Source: Anthoceros angustus
Lineage: Eukaryota > Plantae > Anthocerotophyta
Direction of reading: 5' to 3'
Assembly: GCA_010909165.1 (NCBI GenBank)
Contig: MU008166.1
Location: 1,426,001-1,490,000 of the forward strand
Length of the DNA stretch: 64,000 bases
Position numbers and translations under genes: made by a program. Below, one piece after another: positions 61,045 through 64,000 of this stretch. How positions within the stretch are numbered: position 1 is the stretch's first letter; each line of letters starts with the position of its first letter. The notes below the pieces were generated by a model. It searched no databases. It had not been told where the DNA came from and saw nothing but the letters and a program-made list of their open reading frames with translations.

Positions 61045-63393
61045 CGCCGTCGCTCCAATCACTGCAACGAAGCCCACCAGAGATCAATAAAGCCTCTCCT
61101 TCCTCCACTTCCCGAATTCCAACAATGCCCGCTTCCGCAAAGACTCCCGTCTCTCCGTCTTTCCGCCTTTCCGTACCAGATTGAACTGTTTTGCTCGAGG
61201 CAGAAGACTGCTCCAGAAGCTCGAAGACCCTGATCAAATCGCGTGAAACGACTCGAGGCGCGGGGGCAGCAGAGGCAGCGCTGGCTGCCGATGTATGGCC
61301 CAGAGGCCGAGGCGGTGCTTATATACCAGGCTGCATCGTTCTCAGTTGACATGGCCTCCGAGAGCCAGCTGGAAGGGATGCTAATAATACCCGAGGATAG
61401 TGCGCTGCACATCGCTACAAACCAAATCCAGAGTCGCCGCTGCCCAGCATCCCGCACACGGCTCCCACCCGGCACCAGGCGTACCTGCCGCGCCTCCATC
61501 GTTTAGCGGCACCTTCCGGCCGGCATTCCCGCACCCGCTCCGGCTAAATTAGACGGAGCCCGGCTAATTTAGCCGGCGTTTGGCTGTCCGTGGCCGTACG
61601 TGGGGCATGGGTCGGCGGTGGCTGGTCGCCGCAGATCACCGGCCGCGTCTCGGGCTTGCGTGCGAGGTTCGCGCCTGGGTCCCGGGCCGGGCTACAGGAG
61701 AAGGGGTGCGAAGTGCGAAGAAGTGGACCCCGGTGTCGCCGATGCGGGAGAGGACTGTGCACCGGCCACATGCCCCGGACGGGCCGTCCAATTGCGGGCT
61801 CCCTCTCTCTTGTCACGGCCACGGCTAATTGCGGGCTCTTCTATTTCTGTGAAGTAGGGTCCGGGTGGGTCATCACCGCAGTAGCTTGCCTGGAGGAGGA
61901 GCCTTCAGTTCGCAGTCTGGACAGCCAGGTCGATTTCCTTGATGCTGCTTGGACAGCTAGATAACGCGTTTGTATCTCTCGTATGTGGCTCCTGACGACG
62001 AGGATAAGGATGGCCAGGGCAGCTCTGCAACGTCGATATAGCCGGAAACAGAAAAACGTGCCACTTCAAATTGCTCAACGCCAGGGCGTGCTCTTTGGTC
62101 CGAGACTCTGAGTTGACCTAGGGCAGCAACTGGGCTACTTGCTCCTCATCTTGCTCCAAGTTCTCTCAACCAGTTCGAAGTTGGGCCCGGGGGAGCTGCT
62201 TTCACGACACTTACCTCTCATCAAAGCTGCTTCCTCCATAGCCGTCTTTATTGCTTCTTACATTGTTCTCACATGATAACCTCAAGTGAAAACCCTAAAT
62301 GGAAACAGGTACCAAAGATTTTGGCTCCAGCGTTTTAATCTCCTTGCTGCTCAACATTCTTGGCTTCCCTTCTCAGTGGCAAGTGGACATCATCGGAAAG
62401 GCGTCGATCGGGGTGGGTGCAAGGAAGATTTGTGGATGATATATCTCATATCCTGCATCACAAGATGGCCACCGTATGATGACTCCCCGCTTCCTGTCAC
62501 GGGCAGCCGTCACCTTAGAACGAACTCGCCAAAATAGGCATCCGCAAGAGATGAGGTATGCAAAACGTGTGCCGTGGGGTGGGCTTTGTGTACTGCGGAG
62601 GCAACCCAGTTAAAATGAGCAGACACAGTTGTACTGTGCCTGCCGGTTTCCTTTGGACGAGCCTGTAATTTGTCTGTATCTTCCGCTGATGTCTCGGCTT
62701 CATTCACTGACATCCTCTCCCGGGTAAAGTCGGAGCAAATCCCACGTCCTCCATGAATCCATGATGTTGTAGCACGGTTTTCTTTCGATGGACAAGAAGA
62801 AAATTCTGATGATGAAGTTTATGAGCAGATGGAAAAATCCCCAGATCTCAGCGTCTACCAGTCACTCCCGGGCTGCTCAATTTGAAAAGACTGCTGTTGG
62901 ACATAAAGAAGTCTAGTGCCACTAGCCTCTCGCCGAGGTGGAGCTTCCACATTTTCTGCGCCAAGACGGTAAAGTAAGCAGAACAGAAGGTTTCCTCCAC
63001 CAGCACATGCTGCGGCCGCTTCCTCGATGTCTCCGTTCGCGTGCCACATCACCATCATCTATTCCGCTGGCAGCCTGAAGCTTACTCCACACTCCAGTGC
63101 ACAACTTCCAGCAGAGGAGGTTTCGCGATTCCAACACGCAACGCGATTTCCAGCACGTGTATCAAGAAATCCGTAGACGTCATGACTCGGCCGTGTTATA
63201 CTCGTCTCTGTTATAGACGCTTTCCACACCTATCTGCCCCTCTCTCACCAGCACGGTGGAAGAATAACACATCCATCTCCAAGCTGCAGAGGCCAAAACC
63301 AAGCTCTTAGCCTACAGACACCATAAACCTCAAAGTGACGACGGCCGCCCGACTCGTGCACATTCTTTGATGAACCAACATTGGTATGTGATA

Positions 63394-64000
63394 TCATCGG
63401 GGAAGCAATGACTCCGTCGGAACGTATCTGACTGCCGCTCTCTCTGCACTCTCGTTTGTGCTAAAGCCTGTGCTCGATGATGAGTCCTCCGAAGGAGTAT
63501 GTTGGTGACCGTAAAATGCACGGCTGGCTTGCGGGGCAGCAGCTTGCGCTGCACGCGAGCCCATTCTGTTCACGATGGTTTGTAACGTCTTGACGACCTC
63601 CTGCCACGTGTACTTTGTGTAAGGATAAATCACACTGTTCTAGGCTCCGTTGGAAAAGAGAAAGAAGGTGTCACAGTGCGAACCTTGATATCGGGACGCT
63701 TTTCCCTGGCAGGTGCTGAACAATCAAGAGCTAACCATGCTATCTCTTGAAAGGCAGCTTCTGGATAGTCTTTGACCTTGAGCATTGGGTCGATGATGCT
63801 GTTGATCCCATCTTTTACAAGCCGAGAGTAGGCCTACAAGGATGTTTAGTTAGGGAGCTCCTAAGTCTCGTTCAAACGCGGCACATGATGTTCAGGATAC
63901 GAAAGAAGAGAATGGATACCTACCCACATCGAGAGGTTAGAGTCTTCTGATGACCTACTTCTGTCCATAGCCTTTTGCCCACTAACAAGTTCAAGTAGAA
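63394..64000 (-). CDS. 3' end of a receptor-like protein kinase (subdomains IX-XI and C-tail). Exons >64000-63924, 63833-63684, 63600-63394; continues beyond the window
   Basis: Spliced translation LLELVSGQKAMDRSRSSEDSNLSMW|AYSRLVKDGINSIIDPMLKVKDYPEAAFQEIAWLALDCSAPAREKRPDIK|EVVKTLQ...LLPR*. Introns are in-phase GT-AG. Confidence 0.88.

Noticed and set aside
61850-63300. Possible additional - strand gene between the peroxidase and the kinase
   Set aside because: Some splice-like signals and short open stretches exist, but frames contain several stops and no recognisable domain. I could not build a gene model.

Overview
Eukaryotic land-plant nuclear DNA with short GT-AG introns of about 100 bp. 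It is most likely a hornwort (inference: a spliced B12-dependent methionine synthase sits next to the land-plant enzyme CYP73A). Left gene block (- strand): cinnamate 4-hydroxylase (CYP73A) and a cobalamin-dependent methionine synthase (METH). Splice reconstruction gives METH an unusual N-terminal membrane anchor, an acidic linker and an AMPK-beta/CBM48-like domain. The middle ~46 kb is nested transposons: an RLE-type non-LTR fragment; a Ty3/gypsy element with ~4.4-kb LTRs that contain an ORF; related solo LTRs; Ty1/copia remnants; and a DNA-transposon-like segment in which a Sola/DUF7869-like transposase lies divergent from a gene with ParB/Srx-like and beta-class N4/N6 DNA methyltransferase motifs. 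Right gene block (- strand): a dirigent protein, a class III peroxidase and the 3' end of a receptor-like kinase. Small indels, often in homopolymers, break even conserved genes and are dense in the repeats. Many frameshifts are therefore probably long-read or assembly errors, and intact versus decayed status cannot be settled from this sequence alone. All domain assignments are by eye from motifs, not from database searches.
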